DNA of 63,997 bases, the filler included, from Choristocarpus tenellus KU-1152 (Eukaryota; Protista; Phaeophyceae), in the NCBI GenBank assembly GCA_964200185.2. It is 8 parts of 8 records of this genome, joined end to end, with 100 filler letters (N's around TTAATTAATTAA, not from the genome) between each part and the next. Parts side by side here need not be neighbours in the genome. Positions count along the whole stretch, not along the records: positions 1 to 15,229 come from CAXNAD020001032.1; 7 more parts are not named here. The stretch is one strand, 5' to 3'. Shown here piece by piece: positions 1 to 12,839 of this stretch. Under the pieces are notes generated by a model. The model saw only the letters and a list, made by a program, of their open reading frames with translations. It had not been told where the DNA came from and ran no database searches. Both the position numbers and the translations under genes were made by a program. Positions within the stretch are counted from its first letter, which is position 1. Each line of letters starts with the position of its first letter.

Positions 1-936
1 CCCCCCCCCGCCAGATACTTTGAGTCAGAGTACATAATTCGAAGTGTCATTTTCCAGACCTTGTCATGGAGGAGAAAGAAGCATCATCCAAGAGAACAAA
101 TCGAACATAACCAGAAATTTAGTGTTGCTTACAACAAATTCCTTCATCGTAGATTTTTGTATACACTAGTTGTTGATACCCGACAAAACAGACTCCTCTC
201 AATGCATGAGAGGTTGCAGTATTATATTTTAAAGTTTCCGAAAATATTTTTATTGATGTGGTGAAAACATGTGTTAGACTTACTTAACAAGTTCAATCGT
301 CAAGACGGTCACGTATCTCATCTGCCAAGAGTAAATATGTTTGGTGCGTTCAATAATGGCATCTAGTCAGGAGAGTGGTTGGGTGCCATTATGCCTGCCT
401 TGTTCCAGAAGAATGAGGTGAGACAGGCGGCAAGGCCGGGGACTGGCCCCCCCAAAACCTTGCTTCCAAGTGATTCCACCTTGTTACCTCTGCCAGTGTT
501 GAGTTGAATGGGTAACGACGTTCCTGAATGAGTGCTAATGATGTGCAAAACTCATTCGTTGAATTATTTGTCTTCATACGTTTTTCTGATGAGCTATAGC
601 ATGCTTGAAATTATCTTTTCCCTCAACTCCAAACAAAATAATCTATTATTTGTGGAGTATTTCGGAAGCAAATTTATTTTATTCCCACAAATATTTTGTG
701 GATGTTGTCATACAGAGAAAAGAAGAAAAGTCAGGTAAAAAAGAACGCAAACAAGATCGAGTTTATTATTACCTACAATATACACAAGGTAGAGATAAAA
801 TGTAATTTCTTTTAACATACGATTTGTTCTCTGGGTATAGAGTGTGACTTATCGAGACGTGATTGATGGTATATCGAAATGATTATGATGTTACGAGCAG
901 TACAATACTACGTATATATATTTCCTGGTGCATATT

Positions 937-1120
937 GGCTCAAAGTATGTGGGGTGTGCGTGTGATGACTGTCCATTCGAGGCCCATTTTCCATGTCGCA
1001 ATCTTTGGGTGAATTTGGTTGCATTCGCTGGATGGATAATGTAAGTTCACTTCTCCTGGTTAGGCCCCGAATGGACAACCTGGTGTAGAACCCTCCCCTA
1101 CCCCCCAGATACTTTGGGTC
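937..1120 (-). mobile_element. MITE family B copy
   Basis: GGCTCAAAGTATGTGGGG...CCCCCCAGATACTTTGGGTC; the interior is the reverse complement of the 7672-7851 copy. Confidence 0.8.
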
Positions 1121-1618
1121 ACTGCTCTATCAAGACCCAGAGTTGTTTTTTGGTAGAAATGCCGAAATTCCATATATACTTGGCAGCCTACTCCCAACAA
1201 TGCCTTAATTATACCCCTGCTGAAAAATTTGGAAAGTGAATGGGTAGAAGGATGTGAAGGACACACAGAATTATTGGGCGGATAGGTGCACTGAAAAAAT
1301 GCTATGGTGATCGTAGCAAGGCTGCAACTTATGAGAAATGAAATCGAAGTCATGAAGAGCTTCGCAATAGACTGTTGAACTGGGTTGGCACAAAAAAAAG
1401 CATTTCAATCTCGCCTTTCCACCCCACAAGATTTTGTCATTGAGCTATGGTCACATGGTGACTCCTATGTATTGATGGACACATCTCACACCGGTTGGAT
1501 ATACATGTGGGTTAAACAAGATGTCTAACTCTCTTAGGTTTTCAAGGAAGGGTAGATGCAAACCACAATATGAAAAACTTCCTGTAGAACGCACTCATAC
1601 ACACACGCACACACGCAT

Positions 1619-1655
<37 letters not shown>

Positions 1656-1999
1656 GCAATAAAGCAAAAATCAAATCACACTATACATCCACACACTACC
1701 TACTCCCTTTAAAAGGAACACAATCTCAGAACCATCAACAGCAGGGATGTGTGAAGAATAGTTTATTCTGTCTGTTGCTCAAAACACTCCCAGCCCAGTT
1801 ACCTTTAAAAATTGGAGCAATTGCTTTGTTTAAACACTTCTACACTTCACATTACAAATGTTAAGGGCGTACCAGGATAGATTTCAATTGGTACACAATA
1901 TTTCTAAAGGTTAGTACACACACATTATACACTTGGTTATCATCCTGCCACCAGGATGGATCTCCAACAATAGCATATCGTTATCAAGAAAAATTGAGC

Positions 2000-4900
2000 A
2001 CTCTATCTAGCAATAGTGTATGGCAGGGAGCTAAAGGGACCGTATTGAACTCCCAGGAAGCAGATGTCTACCCTTCCTCTCTTTTTGAGACTATGAATCT
2101 ACGCCTACTCTGACAGTCAAGGGTCTCCCTCCTCCTTGAACCCATAGTGCCCAAGATTACCTCTCCCGTCACAGCTTGATTCGCAGATTTTGCCCTCTTC
2201 CTATAGATTCCTGAACCTTGTCTAGTGGCAGGATGTCTTATGCCATCACCACTCGTGATGACACCAGCGCTGCCATCCGTTCTCACATGAACACCAGCCC
2301 CAATTCTACACCCAGAAGTCATTCCTCTGTGATGGTGAACCATCCATCCCTTCCTTTGCCTGTCTAGGTTTTGCGGCGGGGATGTTGTCCTTTTTTCGCC
2401 ATTGCTTTCTTGTGGGGTCACATGTCTTGAAGCACAGTCATTCTCCTTATGGTTTTGCAGCAGCAGAGGATGATCTGGTATACAACCACTCCATGTGAAT
2501 TTCTCAAGTAGTGCCGGTGCACAGGCAACATAGCTATCAAGGTTAGCTGCAGCTGTGGCCCAATCTTGGTCTTCCCCCACATGTGCCAGCATCACCTTTA
2601 TACCATTAGTGGTCGCATGCATAGAGTACAAGTAGGTGCCAGTGCAAGAGTGGAAAAATAGAATGAGAGTCCTTTACTAGGACAGAACCAACGTAACTCA
2701 TGTTTATCTCATACTCATTCATTACATATGCGCTATTTATGATAGTGCCCTTCATGACTGCAAGTTGTGTTGATTAGTATACACAAGGCCATTATCTCTG
2801 TGGAATTATTCCCCAGCGTAACTGCTCTTTCAAAGGGTACATCAGCACCTGCTGCTTGGTAAAATGTTGATACCATGATGAGGGGAATCGGGTGGCATAT
2901 GCGTGGACTCATTATATGGTAGAAAGTGGTTGAGCCACACAGGAATGAGCAGCAATCCACCAACCTTCCACTTGATTGGTAGGTTTGAGGACACATCATG
3001 TGGGAATGGAAAGCCGACACACACATGCTCCAGCTTGTGCCAATTCCTTGCATAGGACAGTCGAAAGTCCTCCAACAGTCCAGAGAATGAAGTGTGCCTG
3101 TTAAGGGTGCAATAGCTTCGTTGGAAAGTAGTTGAAGAACTTGACTGGTGGCAAAGGTTGGGGCCAATATCGATCAGGATCGGATTATGGAGAGTACAGA
3201 AGGCTCTTCAGGCCCTTGCAATAAGTTCATTTCTCCTGGTCAGGGCCTGAATGGACACTTTGGTGTAGACCCCCCATCTCCCCCCCCCAGATACTTTGAG
3301 CCTGTTAGCTTTTGGTACGGAACCAAGAACTGCAATGACCGGAATATAGAGAAATGCATGGGATCAGCCGCTATCACCATGTCAGTGCTAATGTTACCAA
3401 CCATTTCATTTAACCATGTGGAGTGGTATCACTCACTTTCGACAATTGTAGTTCAAAGGAAATTTTCATTGTCCTGGAAAGGATTGTTGCCTTGCGCGAA
3501 AAATAAAGTTCCTGTTTGCACTCAACAACAACAAATTGGAGGCATCCGCCTTTGGGTAATATTGCGCTCAATTTCATTAGGTAAATGTGGGTTGCGTACA
3601 TCACAATAATTGGACAAAACTATACAGGATTCCCTTTGTGATATTTCAAAGCATTGTGCCTTAGTGGTGGTGCATAGTCCTAGGTCTCTGCAGGGGGAAT
3701 GATCACTATGTAACAACTAAATGAAGCTCTATGTGTTGGCATGGAGTCTATCTCTCCCATCATGCACACCTGAGATCCTTGTACATAAGTGTCTCCCTGC
3801 GACTGATGCCGAGGGCGCCCCATTTGTTCCCACTCCGCACAGCAAGAATGATGTGGCGGAAGACTTGGCCATCCACCATGGACTTGAAGCACACAGGAAA
3901 GCGAACCACCTGCAACACCAAGGTGACCCCACTGACATTTTCAATCCAAGATATTTCAAAAACTCAACCAGTTGTCCATTGCATATGTACCTACCCTTGT
4001 TTCAACAGGAATCTTATTCACTCCATCCAGCGTAGTACAACATGGTGAATCTAATGATCGACTTCAGGGTTGTGATGGTGGTTTGCACTTTCGCTGCTTC
4101 TACGGATTTTGTTCCTCTCAATGTTTTCAACAATCAGGTAACTCTCCCTTCATCAGGGATTACATAACACTCAGAGTTTGATGTCTCAGAGAAGGTACAT
4201 AGTTGCATCTTGTCCTCCATACAGAGTTGCATCCTTCTATAGCCTATCGTCACCTTGCAGTTTCAACACGGTTATCTCCCTGACTTCTAGCTGTCTACAA
4301 CGCCTTGGTATGCCTTCCGAGATCTTGTCCTTACCTCTTTCATGTCAGTAGTGAGGTACGCCCCTAGAAATACAGCCTCCACACACTGGATAGGCAACGC
4401 CTCTCTCACAATAAGTTTTGCTGTTGATGTCACATGGCGGAAACCCCTGTCCTTTCTCTTGACGAAGAAGCTGTTTCCTGTGTAGTTGTACCTTGTCAAT
4501 AGCACAGAAAGCATTCGTTGGTTTACGTGCCACAGCGGTGGGCTCAGAGTAGCTACTGTAGAAGGACATCATACCTCTCATCACGGTAGAAGTGAACAGC
4601 CCTGCCATAATCTTGCACGGGAAGGTAAATGTATATGGAAAGGGAGTGCAACTAGCGATTCTTTATTGGAAGGGACTTCAGGACGGCAATACTTGCCCTT
4701 CCAACAATACCTTGCCTCGAGCTAAACAATCGTACTTGACTCGTTCATATGTCCTCGTGCTCTCTATGCTGGGGTGGCCGCAGTTGCACAACCTTATGAT
4801 GCTCATGACATGACGAGACTCACTCAAGCGACGATATGTACTTCTGGATTAGTCTCAGACGCTCCCGAACCGATAGATTGCTTGCTGACAGGTCCGGTGG

Positions 4901-6350
4901 CTGCGGGAATGGGGGCTTTGCACCATGGCACAATTCAATGAGAAAGGCGTGAAAACAGCGTAGCTTTGAGCCTACAACTGGGTGGGCGTAGATCTTCATA
5001 TGATGAACCGGAGTTAATCCTTATTGGCTAGTGGTGAACGAAGTAGTGCTTCAAGTTCGAAGACTCACCTCGGGGAGGGTATCGCTATTCATTATTCGCC
5101 TGATCTCAAGGTTCACTGAGGGATCTTCCATGGTCAACGGGTTCATTTCTTCAGCCCGAGACCCAAGTGTTGAGACCGATGCATCCCTCCACTATTCTGT
5201 ATCTCTTCGTGGCGGCATATTGGAGAAATTGTAGTCAGCCACGTACGAAACATCCTTCATCCTTCTTCCTTTGGAATATTCTCTTGCCGTTTCAGTTCAA
5301 GAAACCAGATAATTCACACACAATGAAGCAATACAAAACCACTACCAGTTCACAAAGAGTAGGTGGTTTGTGATGCAACGCACTTTTATAGATCTGCGCC
5401 AAGGCAGATGGAGCTAGTTGATGGCAATCCTGATTTTGCAAGGGCTATTCTAATAAATGGTCACGGGGAGATCCCCACCAGTGCCAAAGAAGCCGTTGGT
5501 TCACTTGGCCCATTTACTTCGCATGTTACACCCAAAACTTTCCGTAGGGTGTGCAAAATATCCTCACCATTATCCAGCCCTGCCTCCTTACAAGGAGCTG
5601 GGATCACTGGGGCCAAATACAATTCCATCCCCGTAGACAACTTGAATAGGGCTACAGGTTCTCGTCCGCACACATCGCATCTCTTCCGCTCGGGCTGTAG
5701 CAGTGGAGATGGAGCAAAAGGAAGAAATAGAAATCGCCGAAATCGAACTGGCCTTACCGGCCGATTGTCGTCGACAGATTGGGGAGAACGGGAGATGAGG
5801 AGTAAAGCAGTAGTGGGCGATATAGTGGAGAACAGTGCATCTTGGCCGCGCAACTTGATCTCTCCCTCCGATGGAAGCAAGGACGCCAGAACTGATGGAA
5901 GAGGTGTACTTCATCGGCCTCGAACCACCCCTACGGCGAAGAGGAGCTTTTCCAGAGAGGGAATAACCCCAGATATAGGAAGGGAGTCTGCAGACAATGA
6001 CAGTTGGAGTGAATCAGTGGTGAAAAACCAGAGGGGGTTCGTGGTATCTGATAGCGGGCGAGTCGAGTCGGGCAATGCTTTGGATGAGGGTGTGATTCAT
6101 ACCACAAGCAGTAATTCAGGAAATATTAAAAGCGTTCCCTTGGAAAGCGCAATCGCAGCTGATCGAGATACACGGGGGGGAAATGGGCGACCTTGCATGA
6201 TTACGCCTGAGAAAACAAGGTATTTGTACCCCTGTCTTGAGTGTATTCCCGGGTCATATGTATCATCTACTTCAAGACTGCAATCATAGTTCAACACTAA
6301 CAAACCACTGGTGGAGGTCGAGCCCATGGGAGCTCCGGAAGACCACTTTC
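2000..6350 (-). mobile_element. Degenerate LTR retrotransposon, Ty3/Gypsy-like (gag-like, RT, RNase H and possible chromodomain remnants)
   Basis: Minus-strand fragments: FFVKRKDRGFRH...ALPIQCVEAVFLGAYLTTD (4287-4514, resembling the RT FFVKKKDG.LR motif), KYLGLKMS (~3950), a Cys-containing gag-like segment (5461-5880) and a chromodomain-like W....NL....PALL (2500-2600). Many stops and frameshifts; no LTRs seen; boundaries approximate. Confidence 0.55.
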
Positions 6351-7671
6351 ACCCTCCATCAGAGGCTCACTATTGTGCTAGGGATAAACTGTCTACTTGG
6401 ATTCACAAACTTTATTAATGCCTTTACGAGTGCCCTCTATGACAATGAGGAATATCTTGAAGCACAGGACGCTCCCTGGAATAACACAAAAAGTGCTAAT
6501 AATCGACTGAGTTGAACGAATTCACAAAGGCATTTCCTGAATATCACTTGAAGAGATATAGGCCAGAAAGTATGTGACACACTTGTTGCTACGTAACAAA
6601 TCCCTTACTTTACCGGAGATTGTCACCATTTTGTCGCATGAGTAAGCCTGAAAATATGTTTAAACTTGTTTTCATTTCATCTGGTCATGTCTTTTGAAAT
6701 TGCTGTACTCCGATATTTCGGTTGGTGAGCTCTGTGGATTTCCAGTTGGAAGATGCGAGGTCAAGTTTGTTCAAGCGAAAACATTTGTGGTGCATCTAAA
6801 ACAATCTATATCTTGACCGACACATGCACCTTCAATCCCCAAATGCAATCTATATACAGTAGGAAGAAATTGCAGAGCCCACCCTGGCCATCTGATGGAC
6901 GGAAAGAGTTTCTTCGCTCCTTCATTGAGAGGAACCGATCACAAATGTGGATGTATGACCCTTCCTTTGTTGGAGTGGACCACAAGACTGCATACAAGCA
7001 CTTGGTTCGACAGGTGCGGACATGGGGATAGAGAGAGTGGGGGTACCCCCAGTACCTGATGCTCCGTTATGTAAAAGAAGTCCCCTAATAATCGATGACA
7101 TATACTCCGGAATAGATACTTCAGGAAGCGCCATTAAACTACTAATACGTAAAAGGCCTCTCTGAACCCCTCAGTTCCAACAACAAAACTACGTAGTAGT
7201 ACTATACTTGATTCCAGTCAAACCAACCAACAACTTATGCTCCTGCTTTGTTGAGGTACTGTGGAATTTCTTACTACTCCACAAACATCCATGATACGAC
7301 AATAAAGAGCACAAACATCAATCTCATAATGTATGGGCGGCATCCTTCCAAGGAAAGGAGAACACATCCTTGTCACTGTCATTTTATCTCTGCGGTGCAA
7401 ATCTCCTTACCTATGAGCAAATTCGACCCATAGTTATCTTAGAGGGGTGTGTGTGTGTTGAGCATATTGGCCATTCGGGGCTTGATGGAGTGTTGTAAGA
7501 TACTACAGTTTGATGCCTGTTTTACGGGCGATTTCCTTCGGATTTGGTTCGGGCAGGGGAATGGAAAAGAAGGTACGTTCATACAAAGAGAGTTGTCTCT
7601 ACATTTGACACGTCCACGCAGATAACATGCAAATCGCTACAAGCTCAACAGGCCCCGAATGGACGCCTTCC

Positions 7672-7851
7672 GACCCAAAGTATCTGTGGGGGGGGTTGTC
7701 TAGACCAGGGGGTCCATTTGGACCAAAACCAGGAAAAGTGCACTTACATTATCCATCCGACGTATGCAACCAAATCACACAATAATCGCGATAGGAAAAA
7801 TTTGACCCCAAATGGACAGCCGCCAACCCCCCCCAAAAAATACTTTGAACC
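7672..7851 (+). mobile_element. MITE family B (~180 bp, poly-G/poly-C TIRs), TTCC TSD
   Basis: GACCCAAAGTATCTGTGGGGGG...CCCCCCAAAAAATACTTTGAACC flanked by TTCC/TTCC. Related full or partial copies at 937-1120, 3223-3302, 1-27, 15330-15392, 24797-24841, 48690-48716, 48817-48927, 54224-54262. Confidence 0.85.
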
Positions 7852-10165
7852 TTCCCCCCCTTGCGCAAATCTCACATGTATTCTGCTGGGTACAGGGTAA
7901 CTTGGAGACAGCAACACGCAAGCTCATGAAGAAGGAAAAGGCCCTTAGGAGTAGGGGATCTCTTCAGGTGACCTGCACATTTATGGAAATGATATTTTGG
8001 ACAAACTGCCCTGATCGTTTGGTGATAAAGGCACAACTTCTCTATCTCACTCGCACTAGAGAGCTTTGTTCATGTCCTTACTTCATTTGGCTAGGATTAC
8101 GTTTTGTCACTCTTCTCACAATTTGGTGGCCAAGGTTGCCTGGATCGAGGCTAATAATGCTGATCTGAGGTGTGAGTCAGTGCAGAGCAATTCATTGAGA
8201 TCTTTGACTCAGTGATCCTAAAGTTATCGCTCAAGGAGGTAAGGTTAATTTAGTGATCTATCATCAATCAAGTTTACTCAAAGCTTTCTTTCTGCTATTG
8301 AAGAAATATCTATGACAATGAGAATGAAGCCTCCATCCAGCTCAGTAACAATGGGTGCTTCCCTCTCGCTAAGTACGGACCACACACGGACCTAAGCATG
8401 CGCATTACATTTCAGAGTTTCTCGTCCTTTTTGGCCCACAATTTTGATCTGGTATATTGTGATCCTAGCTTGTACTTTCTGGGAACATTCTTTTTGAACT
8501 CACGTGACAATATCAAAAGAGCTCAAGGACTTGCCTTAAATCGGATGCAGTATTGTCTAATCTTCAGCAAAAACTGAATATGTAGGGCTCGGAGCTGTAT
8601 AAAACTGACCCAACAAACAGGTCCGAATATTGTATCGATAATAAGCTAAGAACCATCTTGTGTCTGAACATGGCAGAGCCCGTGTCCTAGTTCTAGAACC
8701 CTGAGCAAGATCGAATTCTTGCTGGTATATGAATCCTTTTGAATAGGTCAAGGGGAGGAAAGGGACAAAAAATGAACTAATGCAACATCATAGCAATGCA
8801 TCTCACGTCTCTACATTCGTTATCTCGCCAAGAGGACAGTTGCGGTATTTTTCATCTTCAAGCGCGATTCACCTTTTTGAACCACATAGAACACAGCTCT
8901 TCGGGTGGCATGGCTGCCCAAGAATAGGCACAAAGCAAAAGCGCAATGCTACTAATCTTGGACTGTGAGGGGTCTGATCCTACCTCTCCAGTGCTCATAA
9001 TTTATGGGGTGATCTGTTGGGACGTTGGAGATAGGCTGAGAGCAACATATTAGTTGGACTCTGTGAATGCCGTAAGTTCTCAATGTAAAATGTGACCAGC
9101 AGAACTATCAATTTGTGTCCAAGGCAAACTCTGTATTGTGCGTGGTCTTTATCATCCTCAGTGTATCGGCAGAAAAAAAGCGAGGAGGAACATCCATGAA
9201 ATTTCATGTGAATGCACATTGGTTTCGATTGACACTTCAATTTCCAATGACTGTGTGTGTCACCTCTTGCTCCTTGCCCTATACTATCTATTTGAACGCC
9301 TCTCAATCGAATGAATCAAATGTGGAAGGTGACTAGCACGTTGTCCTGGCACCGGAGCTCTAATTTTGCCGAGATGGACCTTGGTGAGGGCAATGTATCA
9401 ACACAGTCAATGAGTTCGTCAGCTGAGGGGAAATGGGGCAGTACTTCCAGAACTGTTTGCAGCAGCTACAAACATAGTGGCAGCGTGATGTGAGAGTTGC
9501 TGAGGAATGTGTCTAAGCAATATCTTCAGAGGAGGAGCAAAAACTACTGAAGGAAGAGAACTACTTAGTGGTTTGGATGCAACCAAATAGGGTCATGAAA
9601 CCTGTGAGAATTTGAATCTATGGTTGAGGCAAAGAATCAATGCTGCTTGGTCCATCTAGTAATGCTTCCAGCTCTAGAGAGTTTGTTATTTTATTTGCTC
9701 ACTCTCCCAGGGTATTCCCTTAGCTCTGCATTCCCTACCATACTCTGTCTTGGAGCCAGCCCCTGTGGGTCTAAATTTTGTCCATCAACAATCACCTTAT
9801 TCCTGGGGCGTGTTCTGAATTTGCTGTCTCTTCTTCTCCTTGTAGTGTACAAAATTAATGAAGCATTGTTTGAAGTGGTTGAAACCGGCCATAATTCCTT
9901 CTGGGGAGGATGCTTCCAGTCAGCTTGAAGTTTGGTTCAGCATCAATATTTTCGACCAGAATCCATCGAGAAAAACGCCAAAGACGAACTCATCATACTG
10001 CGGTAATCCGTCCTGTTTGTAACAATGTGTTTTGCCAAGTTTCGTTGAATCCAATTTGTTTAGGAAATAGATATAGATAGAGCTTTCCTATATACTACGT
10101 ACGCCTATGGCGAGAAAGTAACAAACTGTGATCGTCACCTGGTTGTTGGCACATGACCACCATTA

Positions 10166-10447
10166 GACACAAATAATTTAGAGGGTTAGGGTTAGGGTTA
10201 GGGTTAGGGTTAGGGCCGTGTCCGTTCGGGGTCGTAAATCCAATGTTACAATTTTGACATAATTTTGGTCATCGTGTTTGTTAGCAAGTGCCAATATCCT
10301 TGCACCGGACACACCTTTCATAGCCATAAACATTTTAGGTAACTGTGTTCACACAGAAAACCGAAAAAGGACATAAAAGAACCATGGGAAGTCAAGCCCC
10401 GAATCGACAAACAGGGCAAAACTCTACCCTCTTAAATGCTTTGGGTC
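10166..10447 (+). mobile_element. MITE family A variant with a (TTAGGG)n expansion inside the left TIR
   Basis: Interior is homologous to the other A copies. The left end reads TTAGAGGG(TTAGGG)5CCGTGTCC instead of TTAGAGGGTAG(A/G)GCCGCGTCC. Confidence 0.8.
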
Positions 10448-11207
10448 TTACAGTGCAGTGAAGGGAGGGCATTGGGACTTGCCTGTGACTCCAAACACAT
10501 ATTAGTGCTGGCAGTCCACATTGGACTATCATTTGGGACTCATGTTGTTTTTGATATAGAAGTTACAACTCCTCACTCAAGTTGGACATAGAATTGAGGG
10601 CATATCAGCATGTGTTCACACCCTGTCAAATTTGCCATCCCATTATTGAGGAAGAAGTTTAAAAGCTGAACATCTCAGCTTTTGGGAGCAGGAGCGGCGC
10701 TCTGGCTCGAAATGTCATCATGCACTCTGAGAATGTTGCAGGACCAAGTGCCTTACGTTGCAGTTCCTGGAAAAAGAGACTCCCCCACTTGAGAGTGAAA
10801 ACATCTAATATGGGTGGGCGTTGTCCCTTTTTTTTGTATTGTGCACTATATGCTGTTCCCACTCCTGAAATGCAAATGGAGCACAAGTAAACGAGAGGCA
10901 CCTAGGTTTTGGGAGTTTTCGCACTTTTAGCCAGTTTCTTAATCTACCGCAATTCACTTGCATTGCTATGGATGAAGTGCTAAGTTTGACTTGAGAACGC
11001 TGACTTCTCTATTGTCTTAGTAATTTCAACGCAATTCAGAAAACATCCTACACGCATTTGTGAAAATAGAAACATTTTTGCACATACTTGTCAGCGTCCT
11101 TAAATTCTAACTCTGGGTACCCCTTGTTTACTCTTAACACATAACCCCATAGGCTTGAAAACTTTGTTAGCTGAATGAGCCCTCTGAATGCATGTTCCCG
11201 TAAAAAC

Positions 11208-11472
11208 GAGTGAAAGTATCTTATTAAGAGAGGGTACGAGTTTTGCCCTGTTTGTCCATTTGGGGACTGACTTCCCATGGCATATTTTTTTTACATTTTC
11301 CTACTCCAAAATGTTTTGGAGTAGGTAAAATGTTTAAGTTATGAAAAGGTGTGTCCGGAACAAGGATATTGACACTTCCTAACAAACACAATAGCCAAAA
11401 TTACATCAAAATCACAACATTGAATTTCGACCCCAAATGGACGAGGCCCTACCCTCTACGATACATTGGCTC
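11208..11472 (-). mobile_element. MITE family A (~255 bp), copy with AAAC TSD
   Basis: TIRs close to the family consensus GAG(TG/CC)AAAGTATCTTAGAGGGTA, an internal hairpin CATTTT-CCTACTCC...GGAGTAGG-AAAATG, and flanks AAAC/AAAC. Confidence 0.9.
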
Positions 11473-12391
11473 AAACGCCTAACGGCATCCTCATCTTAGA
11501 TGGTATCAACCTGATAGATGCCTTCCAGATGGGAATAATCAAACGAGTTGAATAAGAGCAAAAACAAGTATCTGAGAGGTGGGCGGGTTTTGACACTTTT
11601 GAATATTTAACCATTATTCTTGCCCTTTCCAATACACCCATATCTCGTTGCATTACACGAAGTAGTGTCCATGAAATTGAGTTTCCTCCTTTCCATACAC
11701 ACGCAAGGTTTCGCCGTACTTCGCCAAAGGCACATTCTGCAATTTTACAAAAGGTCGTGTTTTGGTCATTTTGTCCGGATCCTTGAAGTGCGACCTTGAA
11801 CACCTCTCTATTAATTTTGGCTCTAAGCAGCACCACAAGCAGTTGACAGAAAAAAAAAGATGTTATAGTTTATTTTCCAATACGTTTCTCAACACTGGAC
11901 TGACTCTGCATGGCGGCCTGATGAGAAGGAGCAGTAACCCGGTGGAAGCAGACACTTTCCTGGCACAACCAACGAACACTGCGAGGCAGGGGCAAGAGGA
12001 GACGAGAAAGAAGATACTGCTTCAACACGCAGAGGAAAGGAACCCCACCTTCTGCCGCCAGAGGGGGTGAGTACACGGGAGGAAGAGGGGGGTACTGTGT
12101 AGCACTCTGGAGCAGTAGGGGATAGGGTTGGACCAAGGCAGGAACAAGAGAGCACTGGCTGGTAACAGAACGGACAAGGGCAAATAATGGTCTTGGCAGC
12201 ATAGTGTTTTTGTAATGATGCTTGGTATTTGGGGCTGATGACTGATGGAGTGGATGGGAGTTGAAGTGAAGGTTGGGGTTAGGACAATCGGGATGGTTGA
12301 GCGTTGTACTGGACTGAGAGTGATTGTATTGGGAAGCAGAAAAAGCAAGGGTGTGATGCTGATAACGTCATCTTACTTCCCATTTGTCCCA

Positions 12392-12839
12392 GAGTGAAAG
12401 CATTTAAGAGGGTAGGAGTTGTGCCCTGTTTGTTTGTTCGGGGCTTGGCTTCCCACAGGTTTTTTATGCCCTTTTTCGGTTTTCTGTGTGAATGCAGTTA
12501 CCTACAATCAAAATCGCAACATTGGATTTATGATCCTCAATAGACGTGGCCCTACCCCCTTATATTCTTTGGGTCCCAAATGAGTGAAAGTATCTTAGAG
12601 GGTATGAGTTTTGCCCTGTTTGTCCATTTGGGGCTTGGCTTTCCATGGGTTTTTAATGGAATTTTACCTACTCCGAAACGTTTCGGAGTTTGTAAAATGT
12701 GTACGTTATGAAAAGGTGTGTCCGGAACAAGGATATTGACACTTCCTAACAAACATGATAGCCAAAATTACATCAAATTGCAATATTGGATTTTGGTCCC
12801 CAAATGGACGCGGCTCTACCCTCTAAGATGCCTCAACTC
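12392..12839 (-). mobile_element. Two adjacent MITE-A copies (12392-12575 internally deleted; 12582-12839 full length)
   Basis: Both begin GAGTGAAAG-ATCTT/ATTT-A(A)GAGGGTA and share the GCCCTGTTTGT...CAACATTGGATTT interior. Confidence 0.85.

Noticed and set aside
58-417. Possible terminal exons of a gene at the start of contig 1 (58-211, 370-417)
   Set aside because: AG/GT boundaries are plausible, but there is no recognisable homology and the segments are too short to support a call.
5363-6289. 308-aa plus-strand ORF
   Set aside because: No recognisable domain. It lies antisense to the gag-like part of a decayed retroelement and is probably a shadow ORF.
11768-12839. ORFs such as MLGSVNILVPDTPFHN... 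recurring at 12552, 20022, 29001 and 47435
   Set aside because: They are translations of the non-coding MITE-A interior, not a protein family.
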